This document shows positions 52,800 through 64,000 of a stretch of DNA of 64,000 nt, in pieces. The translations under genes were made by a program, and so were the position numbers. Under the pieces are notes generated by a model. That model searched no databases. It was given only the letters and a program-made list of their open reading frames with translations, and was not told the DNA's origin. Position 1 is the stretch's first letter, and each line of letters begins with the position of its first letter. Source of the stretch: Camelus dromedarius (lineage: Eukaryota); the NCBI RefSeq assembly GCF_036321535.1, contig NC_087437.1, positions 3,906,001 through 3,970,000 on the forward strand, given 5' to 3'.

Positions 52800-55358
52800 G
52801 TTTTTGTTTTTTAAACGCAATGTGGATAAAGTATTTAACTGCTATGACGAGTCAACTTATGTTTTCAGACACTTGACTGTTGGTTGGGTTGAAACTGGGT
52901 GTGGAGGAATGTCTCTCACTTCCGTCACTGTGCTGATTACCAGTTAAGAATTCATGGTATTGAAGTTACTACTGTTGGTAATTTTGTTAACCAATGAAAG
53001 GAATGAATTCCCTGATCTTTATGACACTTATCTATGTCCATAAACTTAAAATTCAGATAAGAGCAAACAAGTAAACGTGGCACGTTGTAAAGTTAAGAAT
53101 ATCAGAAGCTTCATCTTAAGAAAGTAACCAGTATAAGATTGCAGATTGGCTTTGACTGAGAGGACATGAAATCTTAGAAAATTGCCTTTTTAGATAAAAT
53201 ACTTTATTGCTGCTAAATGTTTTGCCAAGGAAAATTAGTAGAAAGATCAAATTAGTTAGACTTGGTTGGTAGGTTTTTCTTGAAGCACTCCTCAGAGAAG
53301 AAAGACAGAGGAGTTATAATTTATTTTGATTGTTGAGAAATTACATGTTTAGATAGTAGAGGTATAAAATTTGTGGAAGTTTTTAAGGCATGAATGTAGC
53401 TTTTTAAAAGAAAAATATTTATGGAAATTTGAGTGTATGTAGGTTTCTTATTTTGCACTCCAATAGCTGTAACCTTTTTTTTAATTTATATCTCTAGTTT
53501 GGTTTGACTTTTTTGATGATTATGTTAAAAATAATTACAAACTCGATAGAAAAGTTCTGAGTATTGGCAACATAATCATGATGAAAATCTCCATTACACT
53601 GAAATGCTTTTGATTTTTTGTGTTAAGTTACAGAGTGTTGAATCTTGAGGGTGTCGTCTCTTTTTCCCCCCAGCTTTTTAGAGAGGTGACAGCTTGGGAA
53701 ACAAAAATTACTAATATTATAATAAGACAAAAGATGTTAGAGTGGTTTTTGAATTTCTGGTCATTTGTAGTTAAGGCGGTTGTAGAAAGATCTGTTTTCT
53801 TAATAATACTGAAGAGAAAATGTACCATCTTAACATGTGTATCTTGCCTGGAATATTTTCCTGCTCATTCTCATTTTCTGAATTCTCACATCAGTGCTTT
53901 CTTTTTTCTCTCATGAAAGTGGCATTACCTCCCAAGGGTAGAGTTTTTCTTGCTTTTGACTTTGATCTTCTTCGTTCTAATTAATGTCCTCTGTGTATAA
54001 ATATGTGCCTGTATACTCTGATTTCATGTAATACAGTCCTTCTGTTGCCTGGATATTTGGGAGTTTTTTTGAGATTTAATATAGCTTATAATTAGCATTT
54101 TCTTTATCTGCGAAATGGATGTCTATCAGTTTTTAAGCAAAAGTGGTAAAAGCTAGTTTTGCACCTCTCCTCAAATTTTGCAGAGGTTTTTCTGCATCCT
54201 GCTGTTTCTAGTCATTGGTCATCGGGTGAACATGTGGGGTACTCTTGTATCTTGAGTTTAGCATCAAAATAAATTATTATTATCTTTAGGTGTAGAATAA
54301 ATCCAATGTGGTCCAACTTTTTGGATAGTAAACTCCCTTAGAACTGGAACTGAATTTGTACCAGCTTTGCAGTGAGGGGGGAAAGCCTTGCTGGGAAAAA
54401 TCAGTCAGTCATTTGTTAGCATCTTGAACTGTTTAAAAGAAGAAAGTTTTTAGTAGCTTAGAACACTTACCTGCTTAAAGCTGATGACAAACTTTGCACA
54501 CCCTCCGTTGTCTTTAAATGGTGCGTGGTTATCTCTTGGGCTGATTCTTCAGGGGAATTGTGTTCGTGGTGGTGGTGGTAATCCTGATGAAAGCTACACT
54601 CAGCCCACTTAGCTATCACGCAAACACACCTTTCCTGCGCTTGTCCCCAGATAATTGGAAGTATACTGGATGTTCTATAGGAGATCTCTCAATTCTGGTT
54701 TCTTTTTATTTGAGTGTTTGAGGTCCTTCATATCAGTTAGTGATTTCCTGATACAACACTGCTGTGCAGCAGTCAAGCACAGAATCCCAGTAAATGCTTC
54801 CAGAAGGTTCTCATCATGCATCTGTGAGCTTAGGCTTTGTATCTCCTACGTGTCTGTGGTGACTGTGATTTATGTGTCTTGTTCTGGCGCTCAGGTTGGC
54901 AGGGCAGTGGCTGCCCAGGTTACATTCTGGGTGATGGCAGAAGCCTGGCTTCAGGCTTCTCTGTGTTACACCTGCTAACACTCTGTTGGCTAGAGTAGGG
55001 GATGTGACTGCCATGAAATCAGGGGGCAGGGACGTACCCTCTGGACACCCTGAGCACAAGGTGGGTGTGTGCTTGTGTAACCTGGGTAACATAAAGGGCC
55101 CTGATCCTGCCAGGCCATTTGAGTTCAGTTTCTTTTTGGAAAGTTGTCAGTGTTTTTCCAGTCCTGTTGTCAGGGAAGCTACCAGCCCTCCCTTGTTGGC
55201 TGTATCAGAGGCTGCAGGGTGTTTATGAAATAACTGTAGTCTCCTCCATGTGTACCTGGAAGAATTGGAAATGGCAGAACTTTGGAGATGGGTATCTTGA
55301 ACAATTTTTTTCTTCTTCGCCTGTTTATATAAGTAACATTAGCATGTAACAGTATTTT

Positions 55359-58300
55359 TTTTGATCATTTATTTTTCAGATTTATTTTTTATCGAGGTAA
55401 CATTGGTTTATAACATGTAAGTTTCATGTGCACAGCGTCTGTTTCTCGTTCCCTGCACACTACAGCATGCTCACCACCAGAAATGCGGTTTCTCCCCACC
55501 ATCAGTCACTTGGTCCTCTTCACCCATTTTTTTTCCCTCCTCCCTCCTCATCTGGTGTCTGCAACTCTTTCCTCTTTATGTGCTTGTTTTTGTTTGGTTT
55601 GATTTGTTTATTTATTTACTTATTGTTTCTTTATATTCCACATATCAGTGAAATCATATGGTATCTTTCTCTGATATGTTTAACTTAGCATAATACCCTC
55701 AAGGTCCATTTGTGTTGCAAATGGCAAGATTTCATCTTACTTTATGGCTGAGTAATATTCCATTATATATTTCTACCACATCCTCTTTATCCTTTCATCC
55801 AGTGGAGGGCACCTAGGTTGTTCCCATATCTTGACTATTGTAAGTAATGCCATGATGAACATAGGGGTGCATGTGTCTTTTTGAATTAACGTTTTTGTAT
55901 TCTTTGGATAAATACCCAGAAATGAAATAGCTGGATCTTTTGGTAGTTCTATTCTTAATATTTTGAGGAAGTTCCATACCGTTTTCCATAGTGGCTGCAG
56001 CAATTTACGTTCCCGCCAACAGTGTATGAGGGTTCCGTTTTCTCCACATCCTCACCAACACTTGTTACTTCTTGTCTTTTGATCACAGCCATTCTAACAG
56101 GTATGAGGTGATATGTCATTGTAGTTTAGATTTGCATTTTTCTGATTAGTGATATTGAGCACCTTTTTTGTGCATGTTGGCCATCTCTGTATCTTAGGAA
56201 AAATGTCTATTTTGGTCTTCAGTTCATTTTTTGATCAGATTGTTTGTTTTTTGAAATAATTTCTTTGCATATATTGGATATTAACCTTTTAGGGATATAA
56301 TTTGCAAATATCTTCTCCCATTCAATAGGTCATCTTTTTGTTTTGTCGATTGTTTCTTTTGCTGTGCAAAATCTTTTTAGTTTAGTGTCTTTCCAGTTGT
56401 TTACCTTTGCTTTTGTTTCTCTTGTCTGAGGAGACTTACCTAGAAAGACTTACCTGGAAAGACCTAAGACTGATGTCGGGGAGCGTACTGCTTATGTTTT
56501 CTTCAGTGGTTGTACGGTTTCAGGTCTTACATTTAAGGGTTAAATCCATTTTGTGTTGATTTTTGTGTGTGGTGTGAGATAGGGTCTAGTTTCATTTTTT
56601 TTGCATGTAGTTGTCCAGTTTTCTCAACACCAACTATTGGAGAAACTGTCCTTTCTCCATTGTCTGTTCACATTAATTATCCACATGCAGGGGTTTGTTT
56701 CTGTCTGGGTGATCTATCCATCGATGTAAGTGGGGTGTTAAAGTTCCCTACTCTCATGGTGTTGCTGTCAGTTTTTCCCTTTAGGTCTCTTAATAATTGT
56801 TTTGAATATTTTGGTGCCCCTATGTTAGGTATATGTTTATTAACTGTTATGTCTTCATGATGAATTGTCCCCTTTATAATTATATACTGTCCATCTTTGT
56901 CTTTTGTTACCTTTTTCAGCTTGAAGTCTGTTTTATCTGGTGGGAGTGTGGCTACACCTACTTTCTTTAGGCTGTAACTTGGGGCAGCATCTTCTGTCTG
57001 TTCACTTTGAGCCTGTGTGTGTCTTTACAGCTGAGGTGAGACTCCTGGAGGCAGCACACAGTTGGGCCTTGTTTTTAACCCATCCAGCCACAGTGTGTCT
57101 TCTGATTGGTGAAGTCAGTCCATCTAAATCACTGATTAACTTAACTTAATGACTGTTGACAGATGAGGGACCAGTCCTGCTATTTACTCTTTTGTTTTCT
57201 GGTTGCTCTACATCTCTGTTGTTACTTTTCCCCTGTGTTTCTCTTTGCCGTTTTGGTTTGGTGGTTTTCTATGTTGTTTTTCTGTTTCCTCATTGTTTTT
57301 ATGTTTCCTGTCTCTGCTCTAGATTTATTTTTTGTGGTTACCATGCGGTTTGTGTCAAACATCTCATAGGTAGAATGGTCCTTGTTCTGCTGATGGCGTC
57401 CTCATTTACCTGTGTGGATTCTGCCCTTTTCCTCTTCCCTGTTTGTACTCTTGTTGTCTCAAATGCTCCTTTTTTATGTTGTGAGTTTGTTACCAAATTG
57501 AAATAGCTACAGTTATTTTTTTCTGCTCCCCCCCTTTTACGTTTATGCTGTAATAAAGTGTAATTTTAGTAAAATTACAAGTAAAGTAAAATTTATGCTG
57601 TAATAAGAACCTGTTTTCATAAAGAGTTGTGATTTTCTGATTCTATTTATCACCTTCCTCAGAGTTTGTGTACCTTCACCTCTTGTTTCTGGTAGCAGAG
57701 TCCGTGCAGCATTTCTTGTAAGACAGGTCTAGTGCTGCTGAACTTCTTCAGCTTTTGTTTGTCTGGGAAAGTCTTTATTTCTCCTTCACATTTGAACGAT
57801 AACTTTGCTGTAGAGATCATTTTTGGGTGACAGTTTTTATCTCAGTACTTAGAGAATGTCATTCCACTCCCTCCTGGCCTGTAGAGTTTCTGCTGAGAAA
57901 TATGCTGGTCGCCTAACGCAGGGGTAGGGGGTCCTCTGTAAGTTACCATCCTTTTGCCTGCCTGCCTTTGAAATTCTTTGTCATTGACTTTTGACAATTT
58001 TAATATAATGTGTCTTGGAGAAGGTCTTCTTGCATTGAGGTAATGAGGTGCTGTCTTAGCTTCACAGAATTGTACATCTGGTTCCTTCTCCAGGCTTGGG
58101 AAGTTCTCAGCTCTTATTTCTTTAAATAAACTGTTCCCTTCGTCCTCTCTTTTCCTTCCTAAATGTTTGTTACCCTAATGTTGCCCTTCCTAAAGAGTCT
58201 GAAAGCTCTTGTGGAATTCCTCATTTTAAAAATATCTTATTTCTCTTTCTTTTTGCCTATGTTTTCTTCTAAGAGGTTTATAGTGTCTTGTCTTACATTT

Positions 58301-61300
58301 AAGTCTTCAAGCCATTTTGGGTTGATTTTTGTGTATGGTATGAGGGAGTATTCTAACTTCATTGATTTATATGCAGTGGTCCAGTTTTCCCTACACCATT
58401 TGCTAAAGACACTGTCTTTACTACATTGTATGTTCTTAACCTCCTTTGTCAAAGATTAATTGACCAAAAGTTTGTGGGTTTATTTCTGGGCTCCTTCTAT
58501 TCCATTGATCCATATGTCTGTTTTTGTACCAGTACCATGCTGTTTTGATTACTGTAGCTCTGTAGTATTGTCTGAAATCTGGGAGGATTATTCCTCCAGC
58601 TTCATTCTTTCTCTTCAGTAATGCTTTGGCAATTCTGGGTCTTTTGTGATTGCGTATAAATGTTAGGATTTTTCTAGTTCTCTGAAATATGTCCTGGATA
58701 ATTTGATATGGATCACACTGAATCTGTAGATTGCTTTGGGCATTATGGCCATTTTAGTGATATTAATTCTTCCAATCCAGGAGCATGGGATAATCTTTCC
58801 ATTTCTTTAAGTCATCTTTCATGTCCTTAGTCAGTGTTTTGTAGTTCTTCCCGTGTAAGTCTTTCACCTCCTTGATCGGATTTATTCCTAAGTATTTTAT
58901 CTTTTTGAATCCAGTTTTAAAAGGGATTGTTTACTTTTTTTTTCATTCTAAGTTATTGTTAGTGTAAAGGAATGCAATTGATTTTTGTCTGTTAATCTTT
59001 GTTTCCTGTTACCTTGCCATATTCTTTTATCAGCTCTAGTAGTTTTGTGTGGTGCTTTTAGGGTTTTCTATATGTAGTATCATGTCATCTGCATATAGTG
59101 ACAGTTTTACCTCTTCTCTTCCAGTTTGGATCCCTTTTCTTTTTTCTTGCCTGATTGCTGTGACTAGGACTTCCAATACTGTATTGAATAGGAGTGGTGA
59201 GAGTGGGCATCCTTGTCTTGTTCTAGATTTTAGGAGGCGGTCTTTTAGTTTTTCACTGTTGAGTATTGTGCTGGCTGTGTGTTTGCCATAAATAGCTTTT
59301 ATTGTCTTAAGAGATGTTCCCTCTATGCCTACTTTGGTAAGGGTTTTTATCATTAATGTGTGTTGAATTTTATCAGATGCTTTTTCTGCATCTATTGATA
59401 TGATCATGTGATTTCTGTCCTTTTGTGGATGTGGTGTATCATGTTAATTGATTTGCGTCTGTTGAACCATCCTTGTGTTCCTGGGATGAACCTAACTTGA
59501 TCATGGTATATGATCTTTTTTATGTCCTGTTGGATTCTGTTTGCTAATGTTTTGTTGAGGATTTTTGCATCTATATTCATCAGTGATACTAGCCTGTAAT
59601 TTTCTTTTTTGGTAGTGTCTTTGTCTGGTTTTGGTATTAGGGTGATGGTGGCTTCATATAATGAATTTGGGTGTACTCCCTCTTTTTTGGTCCTTTGGGT
59701 GAGTTTTGAGGATCGTTATGAGTTCTTCTTTGTATGTTTGTTAGAATTCCCCAGTGAAGCCATCTGGTTCTAGACTTTTGTTTGCAGGGAGATTTTTTAT
59801 TGCTAATTCTATTTCATTTCTAGTGATTGATCTGTTTATGTGGTCTGTTTCTTCTTGATTCAGTCTTGGCAGACTGTATGTTTCCAGAAACTTGCCCATT
59901 TCTTCTAGGTTGTCCAGTTTGTTTCCATATAGTTGTTTGTAGTATTCTCTCTGTCTTTTTTTTTTTTTTGTATTTCTGTCATATTGATTGTAATTTCTCC
60001 ATTTTCCTTTCTTGTTCTGTTTATTTGTGCTCTCTCTTCTTGGTGAGCCTGGCCAGAGGTTTGTCAGTTTTGTTTATTACTCTTTCAGAAAACCAGCTCT
60101 TGGTTTGATTGACTTTTTCTGTTGGTTTTTTTTTTTTAGCTCTATTTTATTTATTTTCTCCCTGATCTTTATTGTTTCCTTCCTTCTGCTGACTTTTTGT
60201 TTTGTTTGCTCTTCTTTTTCTAATTATTTTAGGTGATATGTTAGGTTGTTTACTTGAGACTTCCTCTTTTTTGAGGAATTGCTGTCTTAGGACTGCTTTT
60301 GCTACATCCCATAGACTTTGTGTGGTTATGTTTTCATTGTCGTTTGTCTCAAAGTATTTTTTAAATTTTTTTGGTTTCGTCATTGACTCATTGGTTTTTT
60401 TCATAGCATGTTTAATCTCCAGGCTTTTTTTTCTCCTGTGTTTTTCTGTGGTTTCTTTCTAGTTTCACAGCATTGTGGTCAGAAAAGATGGTGGAAGTAA
60501 TTTCTACCTTCTTAAATTTCTTGAGGCTTCTTTTGTGCCCAAGTACATAGTCTGTCCTAGAGAATATTCCATATGCACTTGAAAAGAACGTATATTCTTT
60601 TTTTTTTTTTTGTTATAATGTCCTAAAAATATCAACCAAGTCTAACTGTTCTGTTGTATCATTTAGTGTCTCCATTGTCTTACTGATTTTTTGTCTGGTA
60701 GACCTATCCATTGATACTAATGGCGTGTTAAAGTATCCTACTATGATTGTGTTCTCATCAATTTCTCCCTTTTTTTTTTCATTATTTGCTTTACGTATTT
60801 AGGTGCTTCCATATTGGGTGCATATATGTTAACAAGTGTAATATCCTCATCTTGTATTGCTCCTTTGATCGTTATACAGTGTCCTTTATCTCTCTTTATG
60901 GCCTTTGTTTTAAAGTCTATTTTGTCTGAAATCAGTATTGCTACTCCTACTTTCTTGTTTCCATTTGCATAAAATATCTTTTTCCATCTTCTCACTTTCA
61001 GTTTGTGTGTGTCCTTCTCCCTAACATGGGTCTCTTGTATGCAGCATATTGTAGGTTCTTGTTTTATTATTTCTGCCTTTTGATTGGAGCATTTAGTCCA
61101 TTGACATTTATGGCAGTTATTGATAGATGTGTGTTTATTGCCATTTTGAACTTAGTTTTCCAGTTGATTTGGTATTTCCGCTTTGTTTCTTTTTCTTTTT
61201 CTGGTTTGATAATTTTCTTTTTTATTGTCTTGGTTTCTTTTTGGTTTTTGTGACTCTGTTGTATGCTTTTGATTTGTGGTTACCCTCCAGTGCTTTCTAA

Positions 61301-62381
61301 TGCGTTTTTCAAATCGTTTATTGATTTCTTAAGCTCTGGAATTTGTTTGCTTCATTTTTAGGGTTTCAGTCTTCTTTGGTAAAGTGTTAACTTCTGTTCA
61401 TTGATTTTTTTTTATTCCTGAAGTGTCTTTGGGTTTTCTTGTAGCTCCTAGAGCTTCTTCGTGACAGCTGTTTGGGATTCTCTGATGTCAGTATCACTGT
61501 CATTCCTCTTGTGTGGCACAATGTTACTGTGGTTCTTCATGGTGCTGATGAATTGTTTCTCTGCTAGTCCCTTTTGAGTAGTAAATAGCTCTCTACTTGA
61601 TTCTAGTGATTCAACAGGTTGGCAGTTAGAGGTTTTTCTCCTTGTTTTCCAGTAGGTGGCGATATAGCACAAGTTCTTCAACATTTCTTTTACCTGAGCT
61701 GCGTCTGGTTATATATGAGAGTCTGCAGTTTCCACCCTCTACTGCCTCTGTTAGAGGTGTTGCCCCGTTGACCTGACTTTTGCTTCTTGTGTGTCTGGTG
61801 TTGGTGCTTTGCTGCTGCCAGTGTTGCTGGCATCGTTGCCTGGGGCCCCAGGTTGGTGGGCTCTCCTGCCAATTCCAGTACCCCATGAGGATGGGGGGAG
61901 GATGGGGTGGAGTTGGAGCCATGTGGGCATCTTTGCTGTGACTGGTGTTGTAGGGTGTGAGGGCTTTGCTGCTGCGGGTAGGGGCGTGGGGTGCTAGACC
62001 TGTTGGTGCCTCTGTGGCTGGAGGGATGGTGTCCCAGCCCCCACCACTGCTGATACCCAGTTACCTGTGGGTGCAGGTGGTGCTGTGGGGGAGGCCAGCG
62101 TGTGTGCCACCTCCCCTGCTGCTGCCAGGTTCTCTGGGGCTCTAGGCTCAGCTACTGTGGGCAGAGGTTACAGGATTGCAGTCAATACCTGCTGTGTGCC
62201 TTAGGTTCCTCCTCCTCTCACTGTTCCAGTCTGCTCACCTCTAGATGTACATGTGTGGAATTCTCCTGCTCTAGTGTGTTGTGCAGAGGCACCGTTGTTG
62301 TGTTGTGCATGTTTTCCCGGCTGTAGATTGAAGGGGAGAGTCAAAGGGAGTGTCTCACTCCTCCACGATGTTGACATCATC
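55359..62381 (-). mobile_element. Outer L1 retaining 3' end, ORF1 region and 5' UTR, with a large internal ORF2 deletion; antisense in intron 7
   Basis: ORF2 C-terminal remnant 55773-56003; jumps at ~56700 to endonuclease-region sequence; 5'-end-like sequence at ~62350-62381; degenerate TSD gt(aa/gg)cagtatt(t/c)t near 55345 and 62382. Confidence 0.8.
58240..61287 (-). mobile_element. Nested younger L1 ORF2 segment (EN and RT), lacking a 3' UTR
   Basis: ORF remnants 59036-59407 (IISIDAEKA...[12 protein letters not shown]...LYADDM), 60741-60995 (GVAILISDKIDFK...NIYAPN) and 58237-58452. Confidence 0.92.
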
Positions 62382-63233
62382 GTGGCAGTATTCTTATTTC
62401 TCTGTTTGCCGTTTCTTATAAAATTAATGTTCTCTAAATGTGGATGTTTTTGCATGCTCAGAACTAATACAGTTTTTTTGTGTTTTAGAAGTTTAAATTT
62501 TATTCTAAATCAGGTTACTTTAGATGTTTGAATTTTATTCTAAATTTTTTGATTAGTTGAAATTAATGTAATATAGGAAATAGTTAAAATAAAAGCTGTG
62601 AAAGATTTAATTTCCTGAGTTAATCTTACACAACAGGCATCATATGTTTTCTGTCTTTTAGTTCCCATTTATAACACCTTGTATATGAATTTATAAGTAT
62701 TGTATTTGACATGATCCAACCTTTGCATTAAAAAGGATGTAAAAGAGGTGAGATCATTCCCTTAATCCAAGCTACGGCTTGGAGAAGAAAGAACTTCCCG
62801 GTTTCCTTGCTCTTTATGAGGAAGATGGCGGGTGCATCTTTGGACTTCTGTGGGGTATTAGGTGGGGGAGTAGTGGTTTGCTGTATACTGCTGGGGCTTT
62901 TGATGTCTTTGTCTGACAGTTTTTAACCCAGGCTTATAAGTAAATGAGGTTATGCCTGCTCATCTTCAGCCCTGACTAAAATATGACAATTTAAATCCTG
63001 AGAAAAGAGGGAGCTGTTTTTCCTCTCATGGGATTGCTGATACTTATGATAGTTACATCAGTATGTTCACTTGGTTCAGTGTATATCTCAGGATAATTGC
63101 GTATAAAAGGCAACCTGACAGTGAAATTTGGTGTAGTCCCTTTATCAGTTGTTATAAGGTGAAAATTTGTTTATCTTGATAGTTTGAAACTGTTGATGAA
63201 CATGGTTTCATCCATACCTTTTTGCCTGTTTAG

Positions 63234-63379
63234 CCCCCTTTCTGTGTCATCCCAACCTGTGGATCCGGTATGGTGCTGTGGGGTTCATCACGGTGGTCGC
63301 TCACCAGATCAGCACAGCGGATGTCTACTGCAAGCTGATGCCTTACCTTGAACCATACATCACTCAGCCCATAATACAG
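63234..63379 (+). CDS. PIK3R4: PIK3R4 exon 8 (absent from the ORF track); gene continues beyond the window
   Basis: ctgtttAG|CC CCC TTT; hand-translated (A)[48 protein letters not shown]; donor CAG|GTAAGC; 146 nt, cumulative 2127 = 709 codons. Confidence 0.97.
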
Positions 63380-64000
63380 GTAAGCACGTGCCAACCGTGC
63401 CCCTTAATGGGAGGTTTAGAGAGTCCTCTTTTTATTTAAATTTTTAAAGATTTAAACTGGGGTACTGCATTTCCACCTTCCTTTCAAGCAGTTAATGTTA
63501 ACGGGACAGACACTCTGGAGGGTGAGGGAAGTTCAGGAGACTGTTCTGTCACACAGCCTTGTAGTAACACAGCCCTCAGTAGTTCGTCCCTTGTTTTCTT
63601 ACGTGCAGTGCTGGCGAGCACCTGCCGCTGAAGGGAAGTACAGCAGAAGTGTGTGTTGATGGACCTCCGAGGGCTTCTCCTGTAGAAGTGTAACTGACCT
63701 CAGTCCGAGTCAGCGTTTATAATAAAGTAGAAAAAGGCGTTTTCCAAAATGTGATTTCTGCACACTAAGTGGTTCTGGTTTCTTTCCTTTTTAATCTAAT
63801 GAGTACCCCCCAACCCCCCCCAGAAGACTAGCACTCAGTGGTGGACTCTGGTGTCTGCTTTATACAGGGCACTCGTGGACCGGGCCTGTCACTGTTCACC
63901 CCCTTCACGTTGCGGGACAGCCAGCTGTCAGAGTCGACACTTAGGTTGAATGGGCTGTTAAGAGTTGATTCTGGCTGTTAGGACATCCTGAAATGTCCCA

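Noticed and set aside
59036..59407. Reverse-transcriptase motifs (QGCPLSP, YADD)
   Set aside because: Fragmented L1 ORF2 with stops and frameshifts; not a retron, DGR or functional RT.

Overview
Mammalian genomic DNA, most likely a camelid (alpaca, llama or camel). That call rests on six tRNA-Ala-derived vic-1-like SINEs and cetartiodactyl-type L1 3' ends, with no recognisable Alu, Bov-tA or PRE1. Bases 1 to ~30,400 are repeat-rich intergenic sequence. From ~30,600 the window holds the 5' half of PIK3R4 (VPS15/p150) on the + strand: a CpG-island promoter, a non-coding first exon and seven coding exons. All have GT-AG junctions and consistent phases, giving 2,127 nt (709 codons) that cover the pseudokinase domain and HEAT repeats; the gene runs past the window end. 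I found no convincing new gene or multi-gene system. The best leads are: (1) the exon 3/4 junction regenerates an identical 5' splice site, a candidate for re-splicing to an NMD target; (2) a ~345-bp mini-L1 that looks like a spliced, retrotransposed L1; (3) a ~150-bp, ~76%-identical ancient duplication whose second copy interrupts an L2; (4) a perfect 11-bp hairpin in the AUG-free 5' UTR. Repeat family names come from recalled consensus sequences, and repeat boundaries are approximate unless a TSD is given.
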